From positions 5,740-69,739 of the forward strand of contig JAIORP010000158.1 of assembly GCA_021108075.1 (NCBI GenBank): DNA of 64,000 nucleotides, read 5' to 3'. This DNA comes from Candidatus Omnitrophota bacterium. Lineage in GTDB: Bacteria > Omnitrophota > Gorgyraeia > Zapsychrales > Zapsychraceae. The translations under genes were made by a program, and so were the position numbers. The notes under the pieces are model-generated. The model was not told where the DNA came from. It searched no databases and worked only from the letters and a program-made list of their open reading frames with translations. Of the stretch, positions 52,418 through 62,299 are shown piece after piece (position 1 is the stretch's first letter; each line of letters begins with the position of its first letter).

Positions 52418-52468
52418 TGAAGACAAAAGGACAGACGCATATTCTATGCCGCTGTCCTTTTGTCTTCA
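52418..52468 (-). terminator. Hairpin downstream of PFOR (probable terminator)
   Basis: TGAAGACAAAAGGACAG...CTGTCCTTTTGTCTTCA 17-bp perfect arms. Confidence 0.65.
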
Positions 52469-52482
52469 AAACTCAATTGTTA

Positions 52483-52562
52483 TACCAAATCCATTAATTA
52501 ATTGTTCTATTTTAATTCTGAAAAACAGAATTGGTTTTGGTCATTATTTAATGGAATTGGTA
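52483..52562 (-). mobile_element. MITE family A copy 8 (80 bp)
   Basis: Reverse orientation, TTA duplication, just after the PFOR stop. Confidence 0.9.
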
Positions 52563-52580
52563 TTATCATGGACAAATAAT

Positions 52581-55500
52581 CTATCCCTGCCATCGATCTT
52601 TTAACGCTTGATAGCGTTGCCACTTTTCATCAACATCTTTTTGCGCCAGCACAATTAACTTCTTAGCGCGTTCCGGCTTTGCTTTAGTAAGCATTTTAAA
52701 ACGCATTTCACTGTAGGCAAATTCCTCAAAGGACATCTTCGGCGCCTGGGAATCCAAGCTAAATGGATTTTTTCCTTCAGAGGACAGACGAGGATCATAA
52801 CGGAAAAGCGGCCAATGGCCAGAGGCGACAGCTGCTTTTTGATTACCTAATCCTGTGGTCATATTGATCCCATGGGCAATACAATGCGAATAAGCGAGAA
52901 TTAATGAAGGGCCATCATAACTTTCCGCTTCAATAAAAGTTTTAACGGTATGCGCATCATTTGCCCCCATTGCAACCTGGCCGACATACACCGTGCCATA
53001 ATTGATATAAATCATGGCCAAGTCTTTCTTTGCTAATGGCTTCCCATCAGCGGCAAATTTTGCCACAGCCGCACGGGGAGTCGCTTTTGACGCCTGGCCA
53101 CCGGTATTAGAATAAACTTCCGTGTCTAAGACCAGCACATTCACATTGCGGCCTGAGGCTAATACATGGTCAAGTCCACCGTAACCGATGTCATAGGCCC
53201 AACCGTCACCTCCAATGATCCAGACACTCTTCTTGACAAGCATGTCAGCGATACTCAACAATTGAGCCGCTTCAGAAGAACTGTCTCCTTTTATTTTGTC
53301 CTTTAACGCGGCAACACGTTCGCGTTGTTCAAAAATGCCGGACTCTTCGGTTTGGTCTGCTTCTAAAATAGACTGCGCCAAATCATCTCCGATCCTGGAA
53401 GACAATTTCTTAACCAGTTCTTGAGCGTATTCTTTTTGCTTATCAATGGTTAAACGAAAACCGAAACCGAATTCAGCATTGTCCTCAAACAAGGAATTGG
53501 ACCAGGCAGGGCCACGGCCTTCCAAGTTCGTTGTATACGGCGTTGTTGGCAGGTTTCCACCATAAATGGACGAGCAACCAGTCGCGTTGGAGATGATCAT
53601 TCGATCGCCGAACAATTGTGTTGCTAACTTAATATAGGGGGTTTCCCCACAGCCCGCGCACGCACCGGAGAATTCAAACAACGGCTGCAAGGCTTGAACA
53701 GTGCGAACTGTCGTTCTTTTAACAAGTTTACGGTCTATCTCAGGAATCGTCAGGAAGAATTCCCAATTCTCGCGTTCACGTTCCCGAATTTCAATTTGCG
53801 GCTCCATGTTGATCGCTTTACGGCCTTCGACTTCTTTGTTTTTGGCCGGACAAACATAAAGACAAGCCCCACATCCGGTACAGTCTTCAACCGAAACCTG
53901 GAGGGTAAACTTTTGTCCTTCCCATTCTTTGACTTTTGAGTTTGCCGATTTAAAATCTGCCGGTGCTCCCTCTAAATATTTCGGATCATAAACCTTCATC
54001 CGGATAACCGCATGCGGACAGACAATCGAACACTTGCCGCATTGAATACAAACATTCTGATCCCATACGGGAACTGACAATGCCACGTTTCTTTTCTCCC
54101 ATTGCGTCGTTCCGCAAGGGAATGTGCCGTCATCCGGCATCGCGCCAACAGTTAAGGTATCGCCTTTACCAGCAAGGATCCTGGCCGTAACTGTTTGAAC
54201 AAAATCCGGGGCTTTGTCAGAGACCACCAACGGTTTCTTAATCTTACTATTGGCGTCTTGCGGATAATTCACTTCATGCAAATGGGCCAGGGCCTGGTCA
54301 ACGGCATTGTAATTTTTCCGCACAATTTCGTCACCTTTTTTGCCATAGGCCTTTTGAATCGCCTTTTTGATCTGCGCGATCGCTTCGTCTTTCGGTAAAA
54401 CACCGGAAATAGTGAAGAAACACGTTTGCATAATGGTGTTGATCCGCACACCCATGCCAGTTTTTTCCGCCACTTCATAACCATCGATCACATAGAACTT
54501 TAACTTTTTATCGATAATTTGTTTTTGGACTTCAACAGGGATATTTTCCCAAATGTTGTCAGGTCCCCAAGGACTATTCAAAAGGAAAACTCCGCCTTCT
54601 TTTATTTTTTCAAGAACATCATATTTTTCCAGGAACACAAACTGGTGACAGGCGACAAATTGAGCCCGGGTAACGAGATATGTTGAACGGATCGGGTTCG
54701 GCCCGAAACGGAGGTGAGAAACCGTAACCGAACCGGCTTTCTTTGAGTCATAGACAAAATAACCCTGGGCAAAGTTCTCTGTTTCTTCCCCGATAATCTT
54801 AATCGAATTCTTGTTCGCACCAACAGTTCCATCAGAACCCAAACCATAAAAAACGGCTTGAACACCTTGTTCATCTTCTGTGTGGAAACTTGAATCAAAA
54901 TCTAAACTCAGATGGGTGACATCATCTTGTATACCGATTGTGAAATGATTTTTTGGTTTCTCTTTTCCTAATTCATCAAAAACTCCTTTAACCATAGCAG
55001 ATGTAAATTCTTTGGAAGATAGACCGTAACGACCACCCACAACTTTCGGCGGCGTATCAAAAGTGCTGAACTCATACAGGGCATTAACCACATCCAGGTA
55101 TAACGGCTCTCCACCAGCACCGGGTTCTTTGGTCCGGTCAAGTACAGCAATTTTCTTCGTTGATTTTGGCAATGCCGCAATAAGGTGTTTTGCTGAGAAA
55201 GGACGGTATAAACGGACTTTTAAAACGCCGACTTTTTCACCCCGGGTCAATAAACAATCAACCGTTTCATGACATGTTTCTGCGCCAGATGTCATGAGGA
55301 TGATGACCTTCTCGGCATCAGGGGCACCAACATAATCAAAAAGGTTGTATTGACGGCCCGTTAATTTTGCGAATTTGTCCATCACGTCCTGAACAATTTG
55401 CGGACAAGCATCATAATATTTGTTCACGGTTTCTCGTGCCTGAAAAAAAACATCCGGATTCTGAGCTGTTCCCCGGACAACAGGACGGTCAGAAGATAAG

Positions 55501-56120
55501 GCTCTTTGGCGATGGGCAATGACGAGCCGGTCATCGATCATTGAACGGATATCTTCTTCGGTTAACTGTTCAATTTTTGATATTTCATGTGAAGTCCTGA
55601 ATCCATCAAAGAAATGGACAAACGGAATGCGGGACTTAAGCGTCGCCGCGTGAGAGATTAAAGCCATATCCATGACTTCCTGTACGGAAGAGGAGGACAA
55701 CATACCAAACCCTGTCGAACGGGCAGCCATGACATCAGAATGATCCCCAAAAATGGAAAGCGCATGTGTCGCGACAGTTCTGGCTGATACGTGAAACACG
55801 ACCGGTGATAATTCACCTGAAATCTTAAACATGTTCGGGATCATCAATAATAATCCCTGGGATGCCGTAAATGTTGTTGTCAACGCTCCCGTTTGGGTCG
55901 CACCATGAACCGAGCCGGAAGCCCCGCCCTCACTCTGCATCTCCTGGACGAGAGGAATCGTCCCCCAAATATTGGTTTGACCTTCAGCAGACCATTGATC
56001 CGCCCATTCACCCATATTTGATGATGGCGTTATTGGATAAATGGCAATGACCTCACTGACCTTATGCGCGACATAGGCCGCCGCTTCATTTCCGTCAATC
56101 GTTACTTTTTTTCTGTCCAT
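52581..56120 (-). CDS. nifJ: Pyruvate:ferredoxin (flavodoxin) oxidoreductase
   Basis: YPITPSS, QSEGGA, GLGSDGTVG, two 4Fe-4S motifs, GACAGCGE, GDGWAYDIG TPP motif. Confidence 0.97.
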   Translation of the reverse strand: MDRKKVTIDGNEAAAYVAHKVSEVIAIYPITPSSNMGEWADQWSAEGQTNIWGTIPLVQEMQSEGGASGSVHGATQTGALTTTFTASQGLLLMIPNMFKISGELSPVVFHVSARTVATHALSIFGDHSDVMAARSTGFGMLSSSSVQEVMDMALISHAATLKSRIPFVHFFDGFRTSHEISKIEQLTEEDIRSMIDDRLVIAHRQRALSSDRPVVRGTAQNPDVFFQARETVNKYYDACPQIVQDVMDKFAKLTGRQYNLFDYVGAPDAEKVIILMTSGAETCHETVDCLLTRGEKVGVLKVRLYRPFSAKHLIAALPKSTKKIAVLDRTKEPGAGGEPLYLDVVNALYEFSTFDTPPKVVGGRYGLSSKEFTSAMVKGVFDELGKEKPKNHFTIGIQDDVTHLSLDFDSSFHTEDEQGVQAVFYGLGSDGTVGANKNSIKIIGEETENFAQGYFVYDSKKAGSVTVSHLRFGPNPIRSTYLVTRAQFVACHQFVFLEKYDVLEKIKEGGVFLLNSPWGPDNIWENIPVEVQKQIIDKKLKFYVIDGYEVAEKTGMGVRINTIMQTCFFTISGVLPKDEAIAQIKKAIQKAYGKKGDEIVRKNYNAVDQALAHLHEVNYPQDANSKIKKPLVVSDKAPDFVQTVTARILAGKGDTLTVGAMPDDGTFPCGTTQWEKRNVALSVPVWDQNVCIQCGKCSIVCPHAVIRMKVYDPKYLEGAPADFKSANSKVKEWEGQKFTLQVSVEDCTGCGACLYVCPAKNKEVEGRKAINMEPQIEIRERERENWEFFLTIPEIDRKLVKRTTVRTVQALQPLFEFSGACAGCGETPYIKLATQLFGDRMIISNATGCSSIYGGNLPTTPYTTNLEGRGPAWSNSLFEDNAEFGFGFRLTIDKQKEYAQELVKKLSSRIGDDLAQSILEADQTEESGIFEQRERVAALKDKIKGDSSSEAAQLLSIADMLVKKSVWIIGGDGWAYDIGYGGLDHVLASGRNVNVLVLDTEVYSNTGGQASKATPRAAVAKFAADGKPLAKKDLAMIYINYGTVYVGQVAMGANDAHTVKTFIEAESYDGPSLILAYSHCIAHGINMTTGLGNQKAAVASGHWPLFRYDPRLSSEGKNPFSLDSQAPKMSFEEFAYSEMRFKMLTKAKPERAKKLIVLAQKDVDEKWQRYQALKDRWQG

Positions 56121-56313
56121 AAAGCTCAAACCTTTCTTTTATAAAAATTATCGTATTATTAAAGTTTAAATTTAAAATCCTAAAATTCTTTATTATTTTT
56201 TCCCTAATTATAGTTCTAAAACGCGTTACGTCAAATAATAATTCTAACGCGAAAAATTCAATATTATTAACAACGTATTGTGCGCTGATGATGGCAAATC
56301 GAAACCGGAGAAA

Positions 56314-56769
56314 CTACCTCTTTGAATAATAATGATCGAGACTAAAATAAGATGATAAATTAATCTTTTTATAAAGGACAAATGCCAATACAAGGACACC
56401 CACATCCAGAATGATCACAGCATGAAGAGGCATATGAACGAGATCACCAAAACAACCACAATTATCGATCTGTAATTTTCTTACAATCGCCTGAGAAACA
56501 ACGACAATAAACGTCAATGACAACACGCTGTAACCCCATAAGCAAAGCTTGATCCATAAGCCTAAAAGCAAAAAAACGCCTAAGAAAAATTCTATCCATG
56601 GGAAAAAAAATGCGGCAATGCGCTCAAGGGTATAGTTATGAACAATATCATAGCCCTGAAGCACGTAAACAAAATTTTCATATGGCTGCATTAACTTCTC
56701 TATTCCAGAAGACACATACAAAAGACCTAACAATAAACGAACGATAAAAAATAAATTAAATTTCTGCAT
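56314..56769 (-). CDS. DoxX/MauE-family membrane protein
   Basis: RLLLG..SGIEK, PWIE...G, NCGCFG. Confidence 0.85.
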   Translation of the reverse strand: MQKFNLFFIVRLLLGLLYVSSGIEKLMQPYENFVYVLQGYDIVHNYTLERIAAFFFPWIEFFLGVFLLLGLWIKLCLWGYSVLSLTFIVVVSQAIVRKLQIDNCGCFGDLVHMPLHAVIILDVGVLVLAFVLYKKINLSSYFSLDHYYSKR

Positions 56770-56773
56770 ACGA

Positions 56774-57454
56774 TCAGTTTGCCTGGCTTCCTTTTGGAAT
56801 TTCTTGTGCGGCTGAAGCACTTTCTTTAAAATACTTCTTAAATTCTTCTTTTAATGCGATATGGCCGACAACTCTTTTCCCGTTAATGAAATAGGTCGGT
56901 GTCGCTCTAACCCCCATATTGTTTCCTAATTCTTTTTCCTTGATAATCACTTTTTCGACTTTTGGGTCCGCGACACATTGACGGATCTGTTCCATGTCCA
57001 AATCAATGTCTTCAGCTATTTTCAACAAATAACGAAAAACAGCATCGCCTTTGGCTCTATGAATGGTCTTTACCTGTGAGATTAACCTGTCATGATACTC
57101 CCAAAATTTACCCTGCGCCCCTGCGCATTCAGCATAAACAGCTGACGGTAAAGAATTTGGATACAGGGGATAGTAATGATAGACCAAACGCATATCATCG
57201 GGATACTTCTTCATGTATTCATTGAGGACTCTGGAACCGACCGCGCAGGCCGGACAAAGAAAATCGGTAAACTCTTCAATTTTGACAGCCGCCTGGGAGG
57301 GACCTTTTGTTCTGGGGTACTGCTGCGGGGACGTCACACCGAAGTCATTCTTCTTCAGCCCTTTTAACGTATGAATGAAAAATATCAGCGCGACCATGAC
57401 AAGCACAACCGCTAATGTAAAATAAATTTTTTGTTTTGATCCACTCTGTGACAT
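56774..57454 (-). CDS. DsbA-family thioredoxin-fold protein
   Basis: EFTDFLCPAC, GVRATPTYFING, N-terminal TM. Confidence 0.88.
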   Translation of the reverse strand: MSQSGSKQKIYFTLAVVLVMVALIFFIHTLKGLKKNDFGVTSPQQYPRTKGPSQAAVKIEEFTDFLCPACAVGSRVLNEYMKKYPDDMRLVYHYYPLYPNSLPSAVYAECAGAQGKFWEYHDRLISQVKTIHRAKGDAVFRYLLKIAEDIDLDMEQIRQCVADPKVEKVIIKEKELGNNMGVRATPTYFINGKRVVGHIALKEEFKKYFKESASAAQEIPKGSQAN

Positions 57455-57536
57455 GATCCATCCTTTATCTTTGACCATTTGGGACAATCAAATTACATTG
57501 ATTTTAATACATTTCCTTATTTTCACAAACAAAAAA

Positions 57537-58298
57537 TTAAATCTTCGTGACAGCCAAAGACCGGCTCCAACCCATCTTCCCATCCAACCGTTGAACTTTA
57601 ATCCAATCCTCCCGCTGTTCAATGATTCGCACGCGGGTGCCGTCAAAAAGTGTGAAATGTTTTGTCGCCTTCATTTGCGGCTCAAAAAGCGCATCCTCTT
57701 GCCCGATCATAACAGCGGCCCCAGCCTCAATATCCTTTTTATAAAAAAACGTTATCAGATGGAGAACCAATAAGACAGCGATGAGACCGAGAACAACGCG
57801 CGTGATGACGGAAGACCACCTCGAGCACATAAAAACGACTGCCGAGATCAACCCGCAGGCATAAAGAACAAAAATAATTCTTGCGATCAGGTCTAATGAA
57901 AATTGCCGGTGATACGAATCAAGCATTCTTTTGATGAAAGGAGGATTTTGGGTGGAACTGGTTTTTTTGACTTGTGATAACGCAAAGGCATAATTAGCCC
58001 TTAGATCACTATCTTTCGGAATGTATTTTCTGGCCCGTTCATAATTTAAAATGGCCATCCCGACTCGACCTGTCTTGAAATAGCTGTTACCTAAATTATA
58101 ATAGAGCGCCCCGCTCGCTTGACCGTCATTCAAAATCTGTTCGTAAAGAAGAATGGCCTCCTGATACTGACCTTGCCGGTAACGGTCATTCGCTTGTTCA
58201 AATATTTTTGTAAAAGCGCAAACGTCCCGGGGTATCAAGCTCAACGCGGCAAAGGCTAAAAATAAAAAAACAATAATATCACTTCTTTTCATTTCCAT
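57537..58298 (-). CDS. batE: BatE-like TPR + SH3 protein
   Basis: ANDRY..YYNLGNSYFK..AILNYERA, two TMs, C-terminal SH3 (WIKVQ..GW). Confidence 0.8.
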   Translation of the reverse strand: MEMKRSDIIVFLFLAFAALSLIPRDVCAFTKIFEQANDRYRQGQYQEAILLYEQILNDGQASGALYYNLGNSYFKTGRVGMAILNYERARKYIPKDSDLRANYAFALSQVKKTSSTQNPPFIKRMLDSYHRQFSLDLIARIIFVLYACGLISAVVFMCSRWSSVITRVVLGLIAVLLVLHLITFFYKKDIEAGAAVMIGQEDALFEPQMKATKHFTLFDGTRVRIIEQREDWIKVQRLDGKMGWSRSLAVTKI

Positions 58299-60175
58299 TT
58301 CCTCTCACAGTCATCAATCAACTCCTCACAGGCTTTTAAGCTCTGTTGCATCTTACTTTTATCGATGGTCATGGAAGCGAAACGGACCTCATCGCACTGC
58401 AGACAAATGTCCTTAAGTTTTTGGTATTGATTTTCTTCCATGTTCTTACTTTTAACAATCGGATCCAGCTTATCAAACGTCAAACCCTGTGACGGCAAAT
58501 GCAGTTTATTGCCGAAATAATTTCGCAGTGTTTTAAAAATCTGGTTGTAAAAATCCTCTGGTTGGTTTTGCTCTAAAAACTTACGGGCGGCTTTTATCCC
58601 CTTACGGGCGGCTTTTGGAGCTTTAAGACGACGCGCATACGCGATATCTGTTTTAATTTTCTGATTATGATTAAAGAGGATTAGAAAAACAATGAATATC
58701 AGTGTGATAATAACATACCATAACTTTATTTTCAGACTTTTGTAGAACCGATAATTTACGGTATAAATTGGGCCGGCCTTTTCCTTAATAAAAATAATAT
58801 CGCGGCCTAATGTTTCTTGGACCGTTTGCACCACGGTTGTTGCCGGGTGCGCTATGACCGTTAAGGCTTGATCATTTAAGGACTTCTCAACGGTTATCGC
58901 GAAGGGCCCCTGTTTGATCGTTTGATATTTTTTGGTCTGGGGGTCAAAATAGGAAAAGGCCAACGCGGGGACCTGGCGAATCTTATCTGATTTAGGGATT
59001 AAAACCTGTTCTAATGTCTTAATCGAATGATCCTCTTTGACTTCAGGTTCGTAAACTTTAAATTTGTCATCTTCGATATGCGACGGTATCCTGACCTGTC
59101 TTAAGTCACCCCGGCCACGGATCCGGGCCTTCAGTGTGATCGGGTCGCCCACATTCACGGTTGTTGGGCTTGCCGCAACTTGGAACGTAAACTGGCCGAC
59201 AGCCCCTGAGAAAGTGGCTGGTTGACCTTCATTCGGTAAGGGCAAAATATTCATCCTCTGAGCATCCGCCCGCACAGCATACGGCCTCTTTTCGACCCGG
59301 CCAAAAAATTCATCAAAGAAGTCCTCGCTCATCATGGCGCCACCAAAAAAATCTTCTTCAAAAATGGAACGACGTCTTTTCTGACGTTGGCGCCGCAAAC
59401 TGCAGTTAAGCTGCACCGGGCCAAAATCTAAAGAACCGGTCCGTTGAGGATAAACGGTTGTCTTGAATTCAAGAATCTCAAAGCGAACCCCGTCGATACT
59501 GTCTTCATACCGCCGCGGTTGTTGGAAGTCCCCGGAAAAGAATCCCGTCTTCTCAAACACTGGAAACTGAATATCCCCAACAGAAAGACCACTGACAGAC
59601 AGTTTGATCGTGACCGGGATTTCTTCATACAGGTAATAATCTTTTCGGGGGATATCAACCTGAAGAAAAATTCGATCCTCCAGGGCAACCGGTTCCTGAG
59701 ATTGTTGCGGTGAATACTGTTGATGGGGCGTGACTTTATTATAAACCTCAATCTTCAGAGGTTGTGTTGTGTATGTTTTCCCCTTGATTGACAATGACAT
59801 GGCGGGGACCTGAAATGTTCCTGTCCTCTCAGGATATAAGGCAAACGTATGCGACTGGGACTGCGATGACTTGCCGTTGACCCAGGAAAAACTTGTTGAA
59901 GGGTGCAAATACCGCGCTTGAAAACCATCCAACGGGGGTAAATTCACTTGCCCGACTTGCGCGCCATAAATGGTGACTGTTAATTGAACCGAACCATCCA
60001 AAGGAACACGGCTCCGGTTAACGGTGGTCTCGACGGAAATATCTCCTGCTACGGCCATCCGCGGTTGCGCGAGAATAATGCTCCATATACACACCAATCC
60101 CATCAACCACCTCAACACAGAAGCGTGGCCATATGTGCGCCGTAAAAATTTATGATTCATCGTCAGCACACGCAT
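58289..60175 (-). CDS. batD: BatD-family protein
   Basis: Ig-like BatD repeats, FSGAVGQF, FSYFDP; position in bat operon. Confidence 0.85.
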   Translation of the reverse strand: MRVLTMNHKFLRRTYGHASVLRWLMGLVCIWSIILAQPRMAVAGDISVETTVNRSRVPLDGSVQLTVTIYGAQVGQVNLPPLDGFQARYLHPSTSFSWVNGKSSQSQSHTFALYPERTGTFQVPAMSLSIKGKTYTTQPLKIEVYNKVTPHQQYSPQQSQEPVALEDRIFLQVDIPRKDYYLYEEIPVTIKLSVSGLSVGDIQFPVFEKTGFFSGDFQQPRRYEDSIDGVRFEILEFKTTVYPQRTGSLDFGPVQLNCSLRRQRQKRRRSIFEEDFFGGAMMSEDFFDEFFGRVEKRPYAVRADAQRMNILPLPNEGQPATFSGAVGQFTFQVAASPTTVNVGDPITLKARIRGRGDLRQVRIPSHIEDDKFKVYEPEVKEDHSIKTLEQVLIPKSDKIRQVPALAFSYFDPQTKKYQTIKQGPFAITVEKSLNDQALTVIAHPATTVVQTVQETLGRDIIFIKEKAGPIYTVNYRFYKSLKIKLWYVIITLIFIVFLILFNHNQKIKTDIAYARRLKAPKAARKGIKAARKFLEQNQPEDFYNQIFKTLRNYFGNKLHLPSQGLTFDKLDPIVKSKNMEENQYQKLKDICLQCDEVRFASMTIDKSKMQQSLKACEELIDDCERKWK

Positions 60176-60179
60176 AATT

Positions 60180-61148
60180 TCACCAATCTCGCTCAACTTT
60201 TCTCATTTTTAGATATTCCTCCGGGGGAATAAAAATTATTTGCTGTTGCTGTTGCTGCATATATTGATCTAATAACATCATCGCTTCTTTCTTATCTAAC
60301 CGGTCAGAGGCATCCTCATCAAAAAGCATATTCGCGCGATCTTCAGTGGCAGCATCCTTCTTTTCACCCTTGGATTTCTCTTGGGCGACTGAATCCTTCT
60401 CTCCTTTACCCCTGGCGTCTTCTGCCTGCTCATCTTCCTGGCCAGCCGGCTCGCCATCCTTGCCCTGCCTGCTTTTGTCTTTCTCCTCTTGCCCCGGCTG
60501 ATTCATTTTATTCTCCGTCTTCTCATCCTGTTTTTTATTTTGAGAACCGTTGTTATTCAGCGGACACGTTTTATTGGGATCTTTCCGCTGTTCATCCCCC
60601 TCCTGGTTTTGCTGACCTTTTTCTTGTTCTTTCTGCTGTCGCTCCAGGGCTTTCTTATACTCTTCATATTTCTTTTCGACAAACGCCCGATTAAATGTGA
60701 CATCCTCATCCTGACTGTCGATCGCAAGGGCCTTATCATATTCTTCCATGGCTGATTCCAGTAACGTCACCGCTTCAGGCAATTGCGTGTCCGCCTGCTC
60801 TTCCCCTAAACGGTACAATGTGTTGCCCAAATTGTAATACGCTTTTTGACGCAAGGACGGCTCATCACCCAACAAGGATTGGTAAAAGTAATTCAGCGAT
60901 TCATTATAGTCTTGTTTTTTATAATGGGCTGTTCCCAAATTAAAACTTATAATAGCATCATTCGGCTGTTGTTCTATACCTTTTTCATACGCCTGGACCG
61001 CGGCACCATACATCCCTTTTTGATAAAAACGATTTCCTTTTTTTACGTCTGTACCGACCGCCGCCTGCGCACTTCCATGCCAACAAGCAGTCAGCAGGAG
61101 CAGCGCAATGAGAGGACATATGTTAAATTTCAAAATCCGTTCCTTCAT
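60180..61148 (-). CDS. batC: BatC-like TPR protein with charged low-complexity tail
   Basis: GNRFY, FNLGTAHYK, YYNLGNTLY, Q/E/K-rich linker, terminal RDW. Confidence 0.8.
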   Translation of the reverse strand: MKERILKFNICPLIALLLLTACWHGSAQAAVGTDVKKGNRFYQKGMYGAAVQAYEKGIEQQPNDAIISFNLGTAHYKKQDYNESLNYFYQSLLGDEPSLRQKAYYNLGNTLYRLGEEQADTQLPEAVTLLESAMEEYDKALAIDSQDEDVTFNRAFVEKKYEEYKKALERQQKEQEKGQQNQEGDEQRKDPNKTCPLNNNGSQNKKQDEKTENKMNQPGQEEKDKSRQGKDGEPAGQEDEQAEDARGKGEKDSVAQEKSKGEKKDAATEDRANMLFDEDASDRLDKKEAMMLLDQYMQQQQQQIIFIPPEEYLKMRKVERDW

Positions 61149-61153
61149 CTGTT

Positions 61154-62161
61154 TCAGACCTTCTTCACTTTTCGAGTCGTTAATAATGTTTCCCAACACA
61201 ACAAAATAAACGCCATGAACAAAGGATATTGAAAGCGCTCATGATAACGTTTTTCCATTTGGCTTTTAAACTCAACCTTTTCAAACTTCGATAAATATTG
61301 ATCGTAGATCACATCCAGGCCGAATTCCGCTCCACTGGACCGCACATAAACACCCCCGGTTGTCAGGGCAATATCTTGCATAATTTTTTCATTTAACCGG
61401 GATTTAACAAAATTTCCGTCTTTGTCCTTTAAGAATTCTGACTGTCCTAAATCATTCTTCACACGAATCAACTCCCCTTCTTTTGTCCCGATACCCACAC
61501 AGAATATCTTAATGTTATCCTGAAGGGCCTTCTTCGCCAATTCCAAAACATTGCCTTGAAGATCTTCACCATCTGTAATAATAACCAACGCTTTATGTTT
61601 ACTTGAGATATCTTTATAACTCTGCAGGGCTTCAGCAATCGCCTCGCTGATGGAGGTTCCACCCCGGGGAATCGTCGAGGTATCAACATGTTCAAGGGTC
61701 AGGAGGAAACCATCATAGTCTGTTGTTAATGGACAAATCATAAAACTGCCTCCGGCAAAGGCGATCAAACCCACCCGGTCTCCCTTAAGTTTCTTTAATA
61801 GGTCTCTAATCGCAAGCTTGGACCTTTCCAGACGGTTCGGCTTAACATCCTGCGTCAGCATGCTCTTTGACGTATCGATCGCGACCATAATATTGATGCC
61901 CTCCCGTTTGATCTCTTGCCAATCAAATCCCCATTGCGGCCGGACCAAAGCCAGTAAAACAAAAATGTACACACAAATGAGCAGAACAGCCTTCCCCTTC
62001 TCTCGTCGCTGGATAAAGTCCGGGATGATCGACGGCCAGAGATGGGCCGCGATAAAACACTGTCTTTGTTTATTTTTGAAAGCCAGCCGGATGAAAATAA
62101 AAAGACTCAACCCGATGATCACCCAGGTAAAATGTAACATGTGTTGTGCGGCTAATTTCAT
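61154..62161 (-). CDS. batB: BatB VWA-domain protein
   Basis: RPQWG, MIDAS DTSKSM, PNRL, PLTTD, ITDGED. Confidence 0.88.
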   Translation of the reverse strand: MKLAAQHMLHFTWVIIGLSLFIFIRLAFKNKQRQCFIAAHLWPSIIPDFIQRREKGKAVLLICVYIFVLLALVRPQWGFDWQEIKREGINIMVAIDTSKSMLTQDVKPNRLERSKLAIRDLLKKLKGDRVGLIAFAGGSFMICPLTTDYDGFLLTLEHVDTSTIPRGGTSISEAIAEALQSYKDISSKHKALVIITDGEDLQGNVLELAKKALQDNIKIFCVGIGTKEGELIRVKNDLGQSEFLKDKDGNFVKSRLNEKIMQDIALTTGGVYVRSSGAEFGLDVIYDQYLSKFEKVEFKSQMEKRYHERFQYPLFMAFILLCWETLLTTRKVKKV

Positions 62162-62190
62162 TATGATCTCAGTTTCTATCGTTTGAATTA

Positions 62191-62292
62191 TACCAATTCC
62201 ATTAAATAATGACCAAACCCAATTCTGCTTTTCTCGACGATTTAGCGAGAATATCAGAATTAAGATAGAGCAATTTATTAATGGATTTGGTA
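62191..62292 (+). mobile_element. MITE family A copy 9, long form (102 bp)
   Basis: TTA duplication; extra 22 nt extending the central hairpin (TTCTCG-ACGATTTAG-CGAGAA). Confidence 0.9.
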
Positions 62293-62299
62293 TTATATC

